In this document: piece by piece, positions 28,001 to 35,924 of the stretch
Numbering within the stretch: position 1 is the first letter of the stretch
How the letters are laid out: each line of letters begins with the position of its first letter
Source of the DNA: a virus
DNA length: 64,000 nucleotides
Virus record (IMG/VR): IMGVR_UViG_3300018917_000003
Direction: 5' to 3' (one strand)
Program-made: the position numbers and the translations under genes
The notes under the pieces: model-generated
Told to the model about the DNA's origin: nothing
The model's input: only the letters and a program-made list of their open reading frames with translations
Databases searched by the model: none

Positions 28001-31000
28001 GCCTTAATTGCCAAGGAAATTGCTGCAAACAAGGGTAACAAAGAGCGACTGGAAGAATTAAACGCAAAACGAGCGGGACTAGAGAAAGACTTAACCGAGA
28101 TTCAAAAAAAGCAACTACAGCAGCGATTGTCAGACTTACAACAGGATGCCGATGAACGAATTTCTGTCATAAAAGCAAGGAATGCCACGGGTGCGATTGA
28201 CAATCAGCAAGCCGCCAAGCAAACTGCGGCGATCGAATCGGCTAGCTCTAAAAATCAACTCCAGATTGTCCAATCTCGAATTGCCGAGGTAGTAGCGGCT
28301 GACAAGAAACGAGGCAAGGTCAGCACTGAGTTATTGGAAGAATTGAGAAAACAGGAAAGTAACACCCAAGTCAAAATCACTGAGATAACCAAGAAGGAGA
28401 TGGAAACACGATTGGCTGACCTAAAAGAGGATGTAGCCGAACGCACCGCTGTAGTCAAGGCTTCTCAGGCAACAGGCGCGATCAATAATCAAGCAGCAGC
28501 GACGCAGACAGCAACGATTGAGCGCACTGGAGCCAACCAGAGACTAGAAATTGTTCGCCAGCAGATTCAGCAAGTAGCAGCCGAGGGCAAAAAGTCGGGT
28601 AATATCAACGTTGAGTTGATGGAAACTTTGAGAAAGCAAGAAGCTGAAATCCAAGTCGAAATCACAGACATTGACAAAAAAGCGATGGAGTCACGACTAT
28701 CTGACTTGCAGCAAGATGCAGATGAGCGCGTAGCTGTCATCCAAGCAGCCAATGCACTGGGGACAAAAGAAAATCAGCAGACAGCTATTTCTACTTCTCA
28801 AATTCAGCAAAAAAGTGCAAACGATCAGCTAAAGATTGTACGAGAAAGAATTAATACGGTCATTGAAGAAGGCAAAAAATCAGGCAAAGTTAATACAGAA
28901 TTACTAGAAGAACTGCGTAAAAAAGAAGCAGACATCCAAGTTAAGATCACTGAGATTCAAAAACAAGAACTACAGAAGCGATTGTCAGATTTGCAACAAG
29001 ACGCCGAAGAACGAACAGCAATTATAACGGCTGCAAACGCAACGGGAGTGCTTGACAATCAAGAAGCTGCCACAAAAACAGCAAAAATTCAACAAAGTAG
29101 TTTAGAGTCTCAATTAAAACTAATTCAACAACGGATAAAGACGACTAATCCTGCTAGCAAGGAATTACTAGAAGAGTTGAGAAAACAAGAAGCGGATACT
29201 CAGGTTAAAATTACTGAAATTCAAAAACAAGAATTGCAAAAACGGTTGACAGATTTGCGCGAAGATGCTGACGAACGTACAGCGTTAATCGCTGCCGCTA
29301 ATGCGACGGGCATAATTGACAACCAGCAGGCGGCGGCGAAGACAGCTAAAGTTCAGCAGGATGGGTTAAACGCTGAACTTGAATTAGTTCGCAAACGTAT
29401 CTCAACAGTGGGTACAAAGAATAAAGAACTGCTAGAGGAACTGCGGAAGCAAGAAGCAGACATTCAAGTCAAGATTACCGAAGTGCAAAAGCAGGAGATG
29501 CAAAAGCGATTGAGCGATCTAGAGCAAGATGCAGCAGAAAGAATCGCCATCGCTGAATCGGCAAACGCCCAAGGGTTGCTAGATAACCAGCAAGCTGCTG
29601 TTGCCACTGCCAAAATCCAAGAGGCAAGCGCCAGTAAACAAATTGAGATTATTCGCAAACGAATAGACGAGATTCGTGCGCAAGGGCAGAAAACCGGAAA
29701 AGTTAACATCGAATTACTGGAAGAGTTGCAGGCACAGGAAGCTAACGCTCAGAAAAAAATTGCCGACATTCGGAAGCAGTTTTTACAGAAGCAACTTGCC
29801 GACCTACAGCAAGACGCCGACGAACGACTATCTGTCGTTACTGCCCAAAATGCTAAAGGCGATATTGACAATCAAGCTGCTGCTACTCGATCAAGCGCAA
29901 TTCAAAAGCAAAATCTAGACTCTCAGCTTACGCTCATCCAGAATCAGTTAAAAGTTGTCGGCAGAACAAACAAAGAATTACGCGAAGAGTTGCTAAAACA
30001 GGAAGCTGATATCCAGGTCAAGATTACCGAAATCCAGAAGCAAGAATTACAAAAGCGCTTAAGTGACTTACAACAAGACTCGCAAGAGCGCGTCTCAGTC
30101 GTTGAAGCTGCCGCAGCAATCGGGGAAAAAGACAACCAGCAGACGGCGACAGAAATAGAAAATATCCAGAGCCAAAGTGTCAAAAACCAACTTGAGTTGA
30201 TTCGAGAACGAATTGCTGCAACCAGTCCGCTAAATAAAGAACTAAATGAGGAGTTGAAAGCACAAGAATCCAAGCTACAAAAAGAACTCACAGAAATCCA
30301 AGAGCAAGGCTTTCAGAAGCGGTTATCAGATTTGCAACAGGATGGGGAGGAACGATTGGCAATAGTTACATCCGAGGGTGTTAGAGGTCTAGCGAATAAT
30401 CAAGAAACTGCTATAAAATCAGCAGCTATTCAAGAAGAATCAGCAGAGCAACAGTTAGCACTGATTCGAGAAGGATTGGGTCAGGCTAGCAGTGAACTTC
30501 GAGAAAAACTGCTAAAACAAGAAGCCGACACCCAAGCCAAAATTGCTGAGATTCGCAAGCAAGCTTTTGATAAACGGTTGGCAGATGTAGAGCAGGACGG
30601 TCAAGAACAGCAAGCGATTTTAGAGGGACAATTAGCGCAAGGACTGACAACTGAATCCGAGTATGCACAGGGGCGTTATAATCAAACCCTGCAATTCTTA
30701 GACGCTCAACTGGTACTAATCCGAGAACGCAGATCGCAAATGTCTGTATCTGACATTGAGGGACAGGAAGCGCTTGCGGCACAGGAAACGTCGTTACAGA
30801 AGCGACGACAGGATGCGCTGTCCCAATTCTTGGAAGCTCAGTTAAGCTTGCTCGATCGGGAAAACAAGAAAGCAACCGACCTGCTAGAACAGTCAGAACT
30901 TGACCGCAAACTGATAACCAAGCAAGCTGCATTATCTGGTGCTGCCGACAAAGATGCTGCCGCCACCGCCGAAATTCAGGCAACTCAGCGCCGAATCCAG

Positions 31001-32401
31001 CAGGAAATAGCGCTGGAGGAACAGAAAAATGCCACGCTGCGATCACTCCCGGCATTCTCTGACCCCGCAAAAGAAGCTGAGCGTCAGTCCAGAATCCGGG
31101 CATCAGTCAAGAAAACGACTGAACTAAGACTTCAATTGATAGATGAAGAGAAGCGAGCCTTTGATTTGTTGATTGACCGCCAGATAAAAGGCATTCAAAA
31201 CCAATCTAGAGCGCAAGAACTAGCGTCTGACGTGCAGGTACGAGCAATCGAGCAACAGGGCAAGCAGTACGACTTACTCAGTCAATCGCTAGAGAACCAA
31301 AACAAGCTTCTGCAATCACGCGCAAGTTTGGCTAACGCGCTCAATGGATACATCCAAGGCGAATATAAAATTTTGCAGAACAGCGCGGGTTCTGAAGGTG
31401 AACGCAAGCGACTCATAAAAGAAGCCGCAGACGCCCAACTGGTAGCGATGCAACAGCAGCAAATCGTAGCACAGAAAAATCTTGACATTGAAATCAAGCA
31501 GGCAGAGATTGCTCAAAAACGCGCAGAGTTTGAGGCAGAGATTGCAGAGATAAAAGCCCGCGCCGGGTCAGCTAAGGCTGACGCTGAAGTTCTCAAGGCT
31601 GAAGCCACACTGCAAAAAGTACAGCGCGACCCCAACGCCAGCAATGCCGATGTAGAAGCCGCCAAACTGGATGTTGTAGCCGCCCGTGCCGCTGCGGAGG
31701 CTGCTGTTGCTGATATTGCTTTTGCGATCGCAAATAAAGAAATGGTCGGGCAGAACGGAAAAGTTCTGAAAGTACAGAACGACCTAAAACGGGAAACACA
31801 GTTGATCGAGCAAGTAACCCAAAGACGGGCGGCACAGGCGCAGGCGATCGAGGCAATAGTAGACGAGAATGAGAAAAAGCTGAGACAGCGCCAACTAGCG
31901 GGACGTTTAACACCGGAAGAGTCAGAACGACTGGCACGGATTCAACGCGAGAACCAGCAACGCGAAGCCACCAGGCGACGAGATGAAATAGAGCGAAACA
32001 CATTGATGGGGATTGTTACGCCTAATGGGGTACGGCGGGGGATTCAAGCGGCTGGAGTGCGATCGGCTTCGTTGCTAGGCGAAATCGAGCAAACTGCGGC
32101 GACAGCGCCCAAAGTGCCGGAGCTGAAAAATTTGGTTGCCCAGATGAATATACAGCGACAACAGATTGCCACGGTTAAACCGGATGTCAATCCACTTATC
32201 AGGTTACAGGAAGAAAGCACGGGATACCAGAAAGAGATGCTTGGGGTGCTCAAGCAGCTTAATGGGAAGCCGACCCCCGCGCCCGTGACTCCAGTTTCTA
32301 ATAGTTTCAATATCAAAGCAGAAGCGGGAATATCCGAGGCACAAGTGCTAGGCGTGTTTAGTCAGGTGAGTCAGCAGGTGACACAAATGTTGAAGCGCTA
32401 G
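25064..32401 (+). CDS. Tail tape measure protein (2445 aa)
   Basis: Very large, alpha-helical, Ala/Gln/Glu/Lys-rich. It has a hydrophobic Gly/Ala-rich segment (aa ~330-500) typical of TMPs and long tandem coiled-coil repeats. Confidence 0.85.
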   Translation: MASGINVIFSITDLASSALANVRSEMSRVASGITEASTALFFWSEAFGQIQVASSQFYDLFIGQNERMRQDILATQSSLAAVQDVYMNGIKLTDPTAAIQAFEAPIKKSLNQIAVDSLQLVGVTSGQLTDLFQVALTNATKITAQSKEFADPIKAAERLTISFAGAFGALGIPMEQAGQEMGSILTAQIDSNSVLAKGLGITNQQVSAWSSQGKLVDQLVGRLAPFVAGNALAAKSVGSILSNLQEIVEVTTRLSGEKLTDLFVESLDIIYQYLTSIQPQIQQTLDNVTGFIVGTVDTITKILLPFLPTFESIRDSILSIGGSLGEIAGGSFQLFLAGLTGIMPVLMPVFNLLGEILKVVSALLADPVIQQIVQFAIVVTAIAGPLATIATLMATISGLFAAGGSIGLFVTTLTIIAPQLAATVLTLVSAMASIAGFAGSAGAVVASGSAMAVLGSAITTVAVALGPLALAIAAVAAAAYAFQNAKAGDAAEALDTIGTRSDQSTTGANNTALKLRQLRDAEIIQGELTDEQKANQKALKTQATNYSAQIEADIAAAKAVDTVGNESLENAKQALVAGNQRSLDVLGKYVGGLSTSAKALAELGGIFTQTGNQVIGFEKQIKEATSDAEFQAANKGLAELINTQVESGQIGAEQGTKRLQQILSDTRVEIDGKEAALKALEAIQNLQLENELNANEIAQNEINKMREEGRIGEVKAEQELTDLKLKEIAAQSDSQKASHRERMRQIQEEMNTALEVLDKEIAQKQSNLDKLKSTNVPKVEIVQAERDLAKSKTARNTKQSEFVNIQSEQNDDNALKSAKLAAEAAKVEKQQRDLRKREALKDFDERQKINDSARERGLKDNQEAARESIQIAKGRAKLELSQIKDKTAKLEAEAKKQGKTVKEYDKEAWEALQVQQAEALQNLAKARKDGFEKRLSDIKQDAQEATAIVEAAQAKNEIDNQKAATKTAEIATKSINTQIALIAKEIAANKGNKERLEELNAKRAGLEKDLTEIQKKQLQQRLSDLQQDADERISVIKARNATGAIDNQQAAKQTAAIESASSKNQLQIVQSRIAEVVAADKKRGKVSTELLEELRKQESNTQVKITEITKKEMETRLADLKEDVAERTAVVKASQATGAINNQAAATQTATIERTGANQRLEIVRQQIQQVAAEGKKSGNINVELMETLRKQEAEIQVEITDIDKKAMESRLSDLQQDADERVAVIQAANALGTKENQQTAISTSQIQQKSANDQLKIVRERINTVIEEGKKSGKVNTELLEELRKKEADIQVKITEIQKQELQKRLSDLQQDAEERTAIITAANATGVLDNQEAATKTAKIQQSSLESQLKLIQQRIKTTNPASKELLEELRKQEADTQVKITEIQKQELQKRLTDLREDADERTALIAAANATGIIDNQQAAAKTAKVQQDGLNAELELVRKRISTVGTKNKELLEELRKQEADIQVKITEVQKQEMQKRLSDLEQDAAERIAIAESANAQGLLDNQQAAVATAKIQEASASKQIEIIRKRIDEIRAQGQKTGKVNIELLEELQAQEANAQKKIADIRKQFLQKQLADLQQDADERLSVVTAQNAKGDIDNQAAATRSSAIQKQNLDSQLTLIQNQLKVVGRTNKELREELLKQEADIQVKITEIQKQELQKRLSDLQQDSQERVSVVEAAAAIGEKDNQQTATEIENIQSQSVKNQLELIRERIAATSPLNKELNEELKAQESKLQKELTEIQEQGFQKRLSDLQQDGEERLAIVTSEGVRGLANNQETAIKSAAIQEESAEQQLALIREGLGQASSELREKLLKQEADTQAKIAEIRKQAFDKRLADVEQDGQEQQAILEGQLAQGLTTESEYAQGRYNQTLQFLDAQLVLIRERRSQMSVSDIEGQEALAAQETSLQKRRQDALSQFLEAQLSLLDRENKKATDLLEQSELDRKLITKQAALSGAADKDAAATAEIQATQRRIQQEIALEEQKNATLRSLPAFSDPAKEAERQSRIRASVKKTTELRLQLIDEEKRAFDLLIDRQIKGIQNQSRAQELASDVQVRAIEQQGKQYDLLSQSLENQNKLLQSRASLANALNGYIQGEYKILQNSAGSEGERKRLIKEAADAQLVAMQQQQIVAQKNLDIEIKQAEIAQKRAEFEAEIAEIKARAGSAKADAEVLKAEATLQKVQRDPNASNADVEAAKLDVVAARAAAEAAVADIAFAIANKEMVGQNGKVLKVQNDLKRETQLIEQVTQRRAAQAQAIEAIVDENEKKLRQRQLAGRLTPEESERLARIQRENQQREATRRRDEIERNTLMGIVTPNGVRRGIQAAGVRSASLLGEIEQTAATAPKVPELKNLVAQMNIQRQQIATVKPDVNPLIRLQEESTGYQKEMLGVLKQLNGKPTPAPVTPVSNSFNIKAEAGISEAQVLGVFSQVSQQVTQMLKR
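27783..30735 (+). repeat. Eleven tandem in-frame units (254-287 nt, about 85-95 aa each) inside the tape measure gene
   Basis: The motif (Q)KRLSDLQQDA(D/E)ER..V..A.NA.G..DNQ.AA..TA.IQ.. recurs with its KRLSDL core near nt 27860, 28122, 28405, 28692, 28977, 29240, 29503, 29788, 30052, 30318 and 30572. Confidence 0.9.
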
Positions 32402-32597
32402 AAGCGAGAGCTAATTGGCTTACTCAAATAGATGAGTCTGTCACGCAGATTATTTGTATTTTATATACTTCCTACGTGACAGACTCAACTATTACATTGT
32501 CGACTCTATTTGTATTTTACTTGATGAGGTTGATTGAGTTTTGAAAACAAAAACAAAACAGTCTCAGCGGGTAGAATGAAGAAATACTTCTCGCTTC
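32401..32597 (+). repeat. Structured intergenic element, copy A
   Basis: GAAGCGAGAG...CTTCTCGCTTC termini. Hairpin arms at 32431-32445 and 32475-32487. It begins on the last base of the tape measure TAG. Confidence 0.9.
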
Positions 32598-32743
32598 AAA
32601 AACCTATCACCATCGCCAATTTCGGAAGAAACTCGTTAAGTTCTGACAGAAACTTTGATATTAGACTAGAGCCGAGAGCAAGCATATCGCCAAATTTCAA
32701 ATTGCTAGCCGACCGACAAAGACGGTTCCGGTATTCAGATTAA

Positions 32744-32953
32744 GAAGCGAGAGCAATTCCATCAAGGGGATGATCGCTTTTCTATGGATGAGTTTGTCAC
32801 GCAGATTATTTATATTTTATAACTTTCTACGTGACAAACTCATCTATTATGTCTTTGACTGTATCTACATTTTGACTGTAGAGGTTGTTTTAGTTTTGCA
32901 AGAGGAGATAAAACCAGTCTCAACAAGTGGAATAACTAATTTGCTCTCGCTTC
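32744..32953 (+). repeat. Structured intergenic element, copy B
   Basis: GAAGCGAGAG...CTCTCGCTTC termini. Hairpin 1 carries a compensated C-G to T-A change relative to copy A. Hairpin 2 arms at 32877-32887 and 32915-32925. Confidence 0.9.
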
Positions 32954-32984
32954 AAAACCTGATTGTCACGCAAATGTTGCAGCA

Positions 32985-33416
32985 TTAGAACTGAGAGCAA
33001 GCAAATCTCCAAATCTCCGTCGCAACAGTATTCTTTGCGGGAACAGCAGGGGTTCTGTCTGTGCGACTCAAAGGAATCTGTCGAATCGGAGAACCTTGGG
33101 CATCCACCACCTCAACTCCCTGCAATGCTAGCGTCCCCTTGAAACAGTCGGATTGATACCGAACGCCCCTCAGTGGCTCTCCATCAGGAGAGACGGTGAC
33201 GGTGCGAAAAGTGTTTTTCTTGACGCCAGTGTCGAACAATCGTACCTGAGACGCGAGATCGATAAAGATTTGATCGTCAGTCTCGATCGTGGTCACTAGC
33301 ACCCATTGCTGAGGTGTGTCTTGAGCTTGAACTGTTGTTGCAACAGCGAGGCTTAATACTGAGAGTGCGATCTTTTTGATTGACTTGTTCATTTTATTTA
33401 GAAGGTAATGGTACAC
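32985..33416 (-). CDS. Secreted/exported hypothetical protein (signal peptide)
   Basis: The N-terminus KKIALSVLSLAVATTVQAQD looks like a Sec signal peptide with an AxA cleavage site. It lies in an accessory island between the tape measure and tail fibre modules. Confidence 0.6.
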   Translation of the reverse strand: MYHYLLNKMNKSIKKIALSVLSLAVATTVQAQDTPQQWVLVTTIETDDQIFIDLASQVRLFDTGVKKNTFRTVTVSPDGEPLRGVRYQSDCFKGTLALQGVEVVDAQGSPIRQIPLSRTDRTPAVPAKNTVATEIWRFACSQF

Positions 33417-33428
33417 AAATAAAGCTGA

Positions 33429-33692
33429 TCAGAGACGATCAGGCGACTGAGTGACCAAATCCTGAACTAACGTCCTCATCTTATCGATCACATTCAAGTC
33501 TTCCTGAGAAAACTCTACAGTCGAGAAATCGTTAACCAGCTTTTCTTTATGATCCGCTGCCAAGGCCTTTATGAGTCGCTGCACGGTTTTACCCAGAGAT
33601 TCAGTCGGTATCGCTTGACGCTTGATCCATTCGTGCAGCGCTGTGTTTACCCGGAAGGAGACGAGATGCGAGTCGGTGTCTGATTGGGTCAT
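33429..33692 (-). CDS. Ribbon-helix-helix (CopG/Arc-like) putative regulator
   Basis: HLVSFRVNTALHEWIKRQA.. is a beta-strand/helix-helix start typical of RHH proteins. Confidence 0.5.
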   Translation of the reverse strand: MTQSDTDSHLVSFRVNTALHEWIKRQAIPTESLGKTVQRLIKALAADHKEKLVNDFSTVEFSQEDLNVIDKMRTLVQDLVTQSPDRL

Positions 33693-33843
33693 GGTAGTGG
33701 GTTTTGCTATTGGCTATTCTCACTCACGTTAACACGATCTGTTAACATATATATACAGAAAGTCTCAAAACTTGACATTACGCCCGCAAAACCTTGTCTC
33801 ATAAGGGTTTATAATTTATTTTTAAAATTGTTTACAAAAACTG

Positions 33844-33872
33844 TTGACAAATCAGAAATAAGCTGCTAACGT
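33844..33872 (+). promoter_or_regulatory. Sigma70-like promoter candidate for 33940-34266
   Basis: TTGACA (33844-33849), 17-nt spacer, TAACGT (33867-33872). Confidence 0.4.
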
Positions 33873-33939
33873 AGTAAACATAAGGCAAGCGGAACCGACA
33901 CAACCTCATCGCCCCTCACTTCACGTAAAGGGAAAAACA

Positions 33940-34266
33940 ATGATCGACGCAACAATGATTCAATCAGCTCTCTTAGGAATGCAACAGGCAAGCGAAGCAA
34001 ACTTCAGTACAAAAACAGGCGAGAAATACAACAGAATCGGTTGGTGGTGGAAATCCTACATTGCCGAGACCTACTGCATGGAGATAATTGTATATCTCGA
34101 TAAAGCTTCACCGACAGGGTTCATGCTTGAAATTGACTACCTTGACGAAGATGCGGTAACAATCCTCAATAAGCCCCTCGTTACTTTTGAGGAATTCCAA
34201 GAAATCTTCACCAACAAAAAATTTCTCGCAACCGCGTTCAGAGCTTGGAAAAAAGCGAAGAAATAG
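33940..34266 (+). CDS. Hypothetical protein
   Basis: 108-aa ORF with GGGAAAAACAATG upstream. No motif. Confidence 0.5.
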   Translation: MIDATMIQSALLGMQQASEANFSTKTGEKYNRIGWWWKSYIAETYCMEIIVYLDKASPTGFMLEIDYLDEDAVTILNKPLVTFEEFQEIFTNKKFLATAFRAWKKAKK

Positions 34267-34364
34267 TTCACGCAACGCTCTCTACATAGGGCACACCCGC
34301 GCCCATCTATTCCAATCTATCTCACTTAACACACGTCTACTTCACTACACCTCATAGAAAAACC

Positions 34365-34946
34365 ATGCAATTATTAGCCGCCAAATTCAACCAAATCGCT
34401 TCAGCAATCGAAACCACCAACGCCCAAATCGCAGCCCTTCAAGCGAAATTGAGCGAACTTCAAGAACACCAACAACAACTCCTCTCAGTCGAGCAAGCTT
34501 GCCAGTCCGCACTTGCCCAAGTCGGGACAGCGCTGAGTATGCTCAATCATGTAGATCCCGCCGAAATTGGCACGTTTAAGGCGGCGGTTGAGGCACAGTT
34601 CGGGACTGACGCAATCGCCTTTCTAGAATCTACTACCCCCACACCAGCGGAACAGATCGAACCGGAACCGACTGCACCAACAGCACCACAACCCGCTGCA
34701 CCAGAGATTGAGCCTGTTATTGACGTGGAAGTGACCGCTACAAATACACCCGTCACCGACGCGCTGATCGAGCCAACCCCCACACCATCGGAAAAAATAG
34801 AAAGACTACTCGGCAAAATGTCACTCACTAACATCCGTAAGCTCGCCAAAAACAAAAAGGTAGACGCACGGGGAAATCTTCTCACTATCGCAGCGAGGTT
34901 AAAAGCAATCGTCACAGAGTCAGATATCTGGGACGCTACCACATAG
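34365..34946 (+). CDS. Hypothetical protein: N-terminal coiled coil, Pro/Thr/Ala-rich linker, C-terminal SAP/HeH-like motif
   Basis: 193-aa ORF. The C-terminal LTNIRKLAKNKKVDARGNLLTIAARLKAI resembles HeH/SAP DNA-binding motifs. Confidence 0.5.
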   Translation: MQLLAAKFNQIASAIETTNAQIAALQAKLSELQEHQQQLLSVEQACQSALAQVGTALSMLNHVDPAEIGTFKAAVEAQFGTDAIAFLESTTPTPAEQIEPEPTAPTAPQPAAPEIEPVIDVEVTATNTPVTDALIEPTPTPSEKIERLLGKMSLTNIRKLAKNKKVDARGNLLTIAARLKAIVTESDIWDATT

Positions 34947-34966
34947 ACTTAGCGACCAGAAAGAAT

Positions 34967-35017
34967 AAAAAATGCGGTAGAAACACAGCAGCCTGTTTCT
35001 ACCGCATTTGCAGTTTT
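34967..35017. terminator. Bidirectional intrinsic terminator
   Basis: 13-bp stem TGCGGTAGAAACA (34973-34985) / TGTTTCTACCGCA (34994-35006), with an A-run upstream and a T-rich tract downstream. Confidence 0.75.
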
Positions 35018-35080
35018 GACAATACTGCCAAACCTCTACTCGCTTAGTGACAGGCAGGGCGGTTTTGGTATTCGGATTAA

Positions 35081-35282
35081 GAAGCGAGACAACACTTAAC
35101 TTGGTTATCATTACAGATGAGTCTGTCACTCAGTTATTTGTATTTTATAACTTTCCTACGTGACAGACTCATCTATTGTATTCTGGACTCTAGTTATCTT
35201 CCACCTGTACAGGTTGCTTTAGTTTTGAAAATAGAAATCGAAGAAACTTCAACAGGTAAGATAGACAAATTGCTCTCGCTTC
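35081..35282 (+). repeat. Structured intergenic element, copy C
   Basis: GAAGCGAGAC...CTCTCGCTTC termini. Perfect 14-bp hairpin GATGAGTCTGTCAC (35116-35129) / GTGACAGACTCATC (35160-35173) with a 30-nt loop. Confidence 0.9.
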
Positions 35283-35303
35283 AACACCAGATCATTGGGT
35301 AGC

Positions 35304-35876
35304 TCAGACGATCGCATCCAAATCTTTAGTAACAAACCGAACCGAGTAGGGCTGTATGTAGTAGCGAACAATCGGCGCTGGCGCTTCTACTGCTTGCCCC
35401 GTGCCGCCAACTACCGGACAAAGAAGTTGACCATTTGACACCACGCCCGACATGGGCTGCAAATAAAGAACGCCGCGCTTGCGAGTGAGACCCGTGGTAT
35501 AGTCCTTTATCGGATCGAATCCTACGGCATCGTCAACCCAAATTGTCTGTACTTGTCCGACGATCGCCCGCTGCCGGAGCGCAATTTCCCACAGAATGAA
35601 ACGAATTTCGGCTCGCTGATCTTGAATTTCTAAATCAAATCCTTGGGTGCGGACGACAGACGTTTCATACCAAACAGAACTAAAAGCGTCAGTAATTTTG
35701 CCCCATTCCTCATTAATTGGCTTGTATTGCTGTGACTGCACTCGTAGAGTTAGATTGCCCGCAGCGTCAAATCTTGATGATAAAAGCTGACCCTGTGGGT
35801 TGCGCTCTTCAAGTTGCTCTAGGTATTTTGCCCGAAGATCGGCGGGTGTTTCAAAAGTTATTGATCGTGAATACAT
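35304..35876 (-). CDS. Hypothetical tail-module protein
   Basis: 190-aa ORF, last in the minus-strand tail fibre block. Confidence 0.55.
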   Translation of the reverse strand: MYSRSITFETPADLRAKYLEQLEERNPQGQLLSSRFDAAGNLTLRVQSQQYKPINEEWGKITDAFSSVWYETSVVRTQGFDLEIQDQRAEIRFILWEIALRQRAIVGQVQTIWVDDAVGFDPIKDYTTGLTRKRGVLYLQPMSGVVSNGQLLCPVVGGTGQAVEAPAPIVRYYIQPYSVRFVTKDLDAIV

Positions 35877-35924
35877 AATCCTATTTTTTTCTCTTTATGA
35901 GAATAAAAGCTTATGAAAATTTGT

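Noticed and set aside
25125-32316. Numerous antisense or alternative-frame ORFs inside the tape measure gene (for example 30486-31103, 31593-32003, 29944-30291) and inside other long genes (for example 21800-22213, 34547-34942, 36784-37194)
   Set aside because: They lie entirely within much longer, motif-supported ORFs. They have low-complexity or repeat-driven compositions and lack start signals.
32860-32890. TCTAC...GTAGA(G) motif in the element resembling the Cas12a crRNA handle (UCUACU..GUAGAU)
   Set aside because: The intervening loop is 9-13 nt rather than 4-5 nt, and the motif is not preserved in copies A and C. The resemblance is probably coincidental, and the tnpB omega-RNA region has a different sequence.
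35117-35302. Small hydrophobic ORFs inside the intergenic element (35117-35302, 32770-32988, 49915-50121, 50776-50979, 60053-60247), which give similar peptides such as MSLSLRFFIFIIFLRDKLIY..
   Set aside because: The reading frame is not conserved. Copy A stops after 15 codons (..ILPT-TGA) and copy F after 20 (..KLMY-TAG). Copy D lacks the ATG, and copies differ by 1-nt indels in the loop. Conservation follows base-pairing, not codons.
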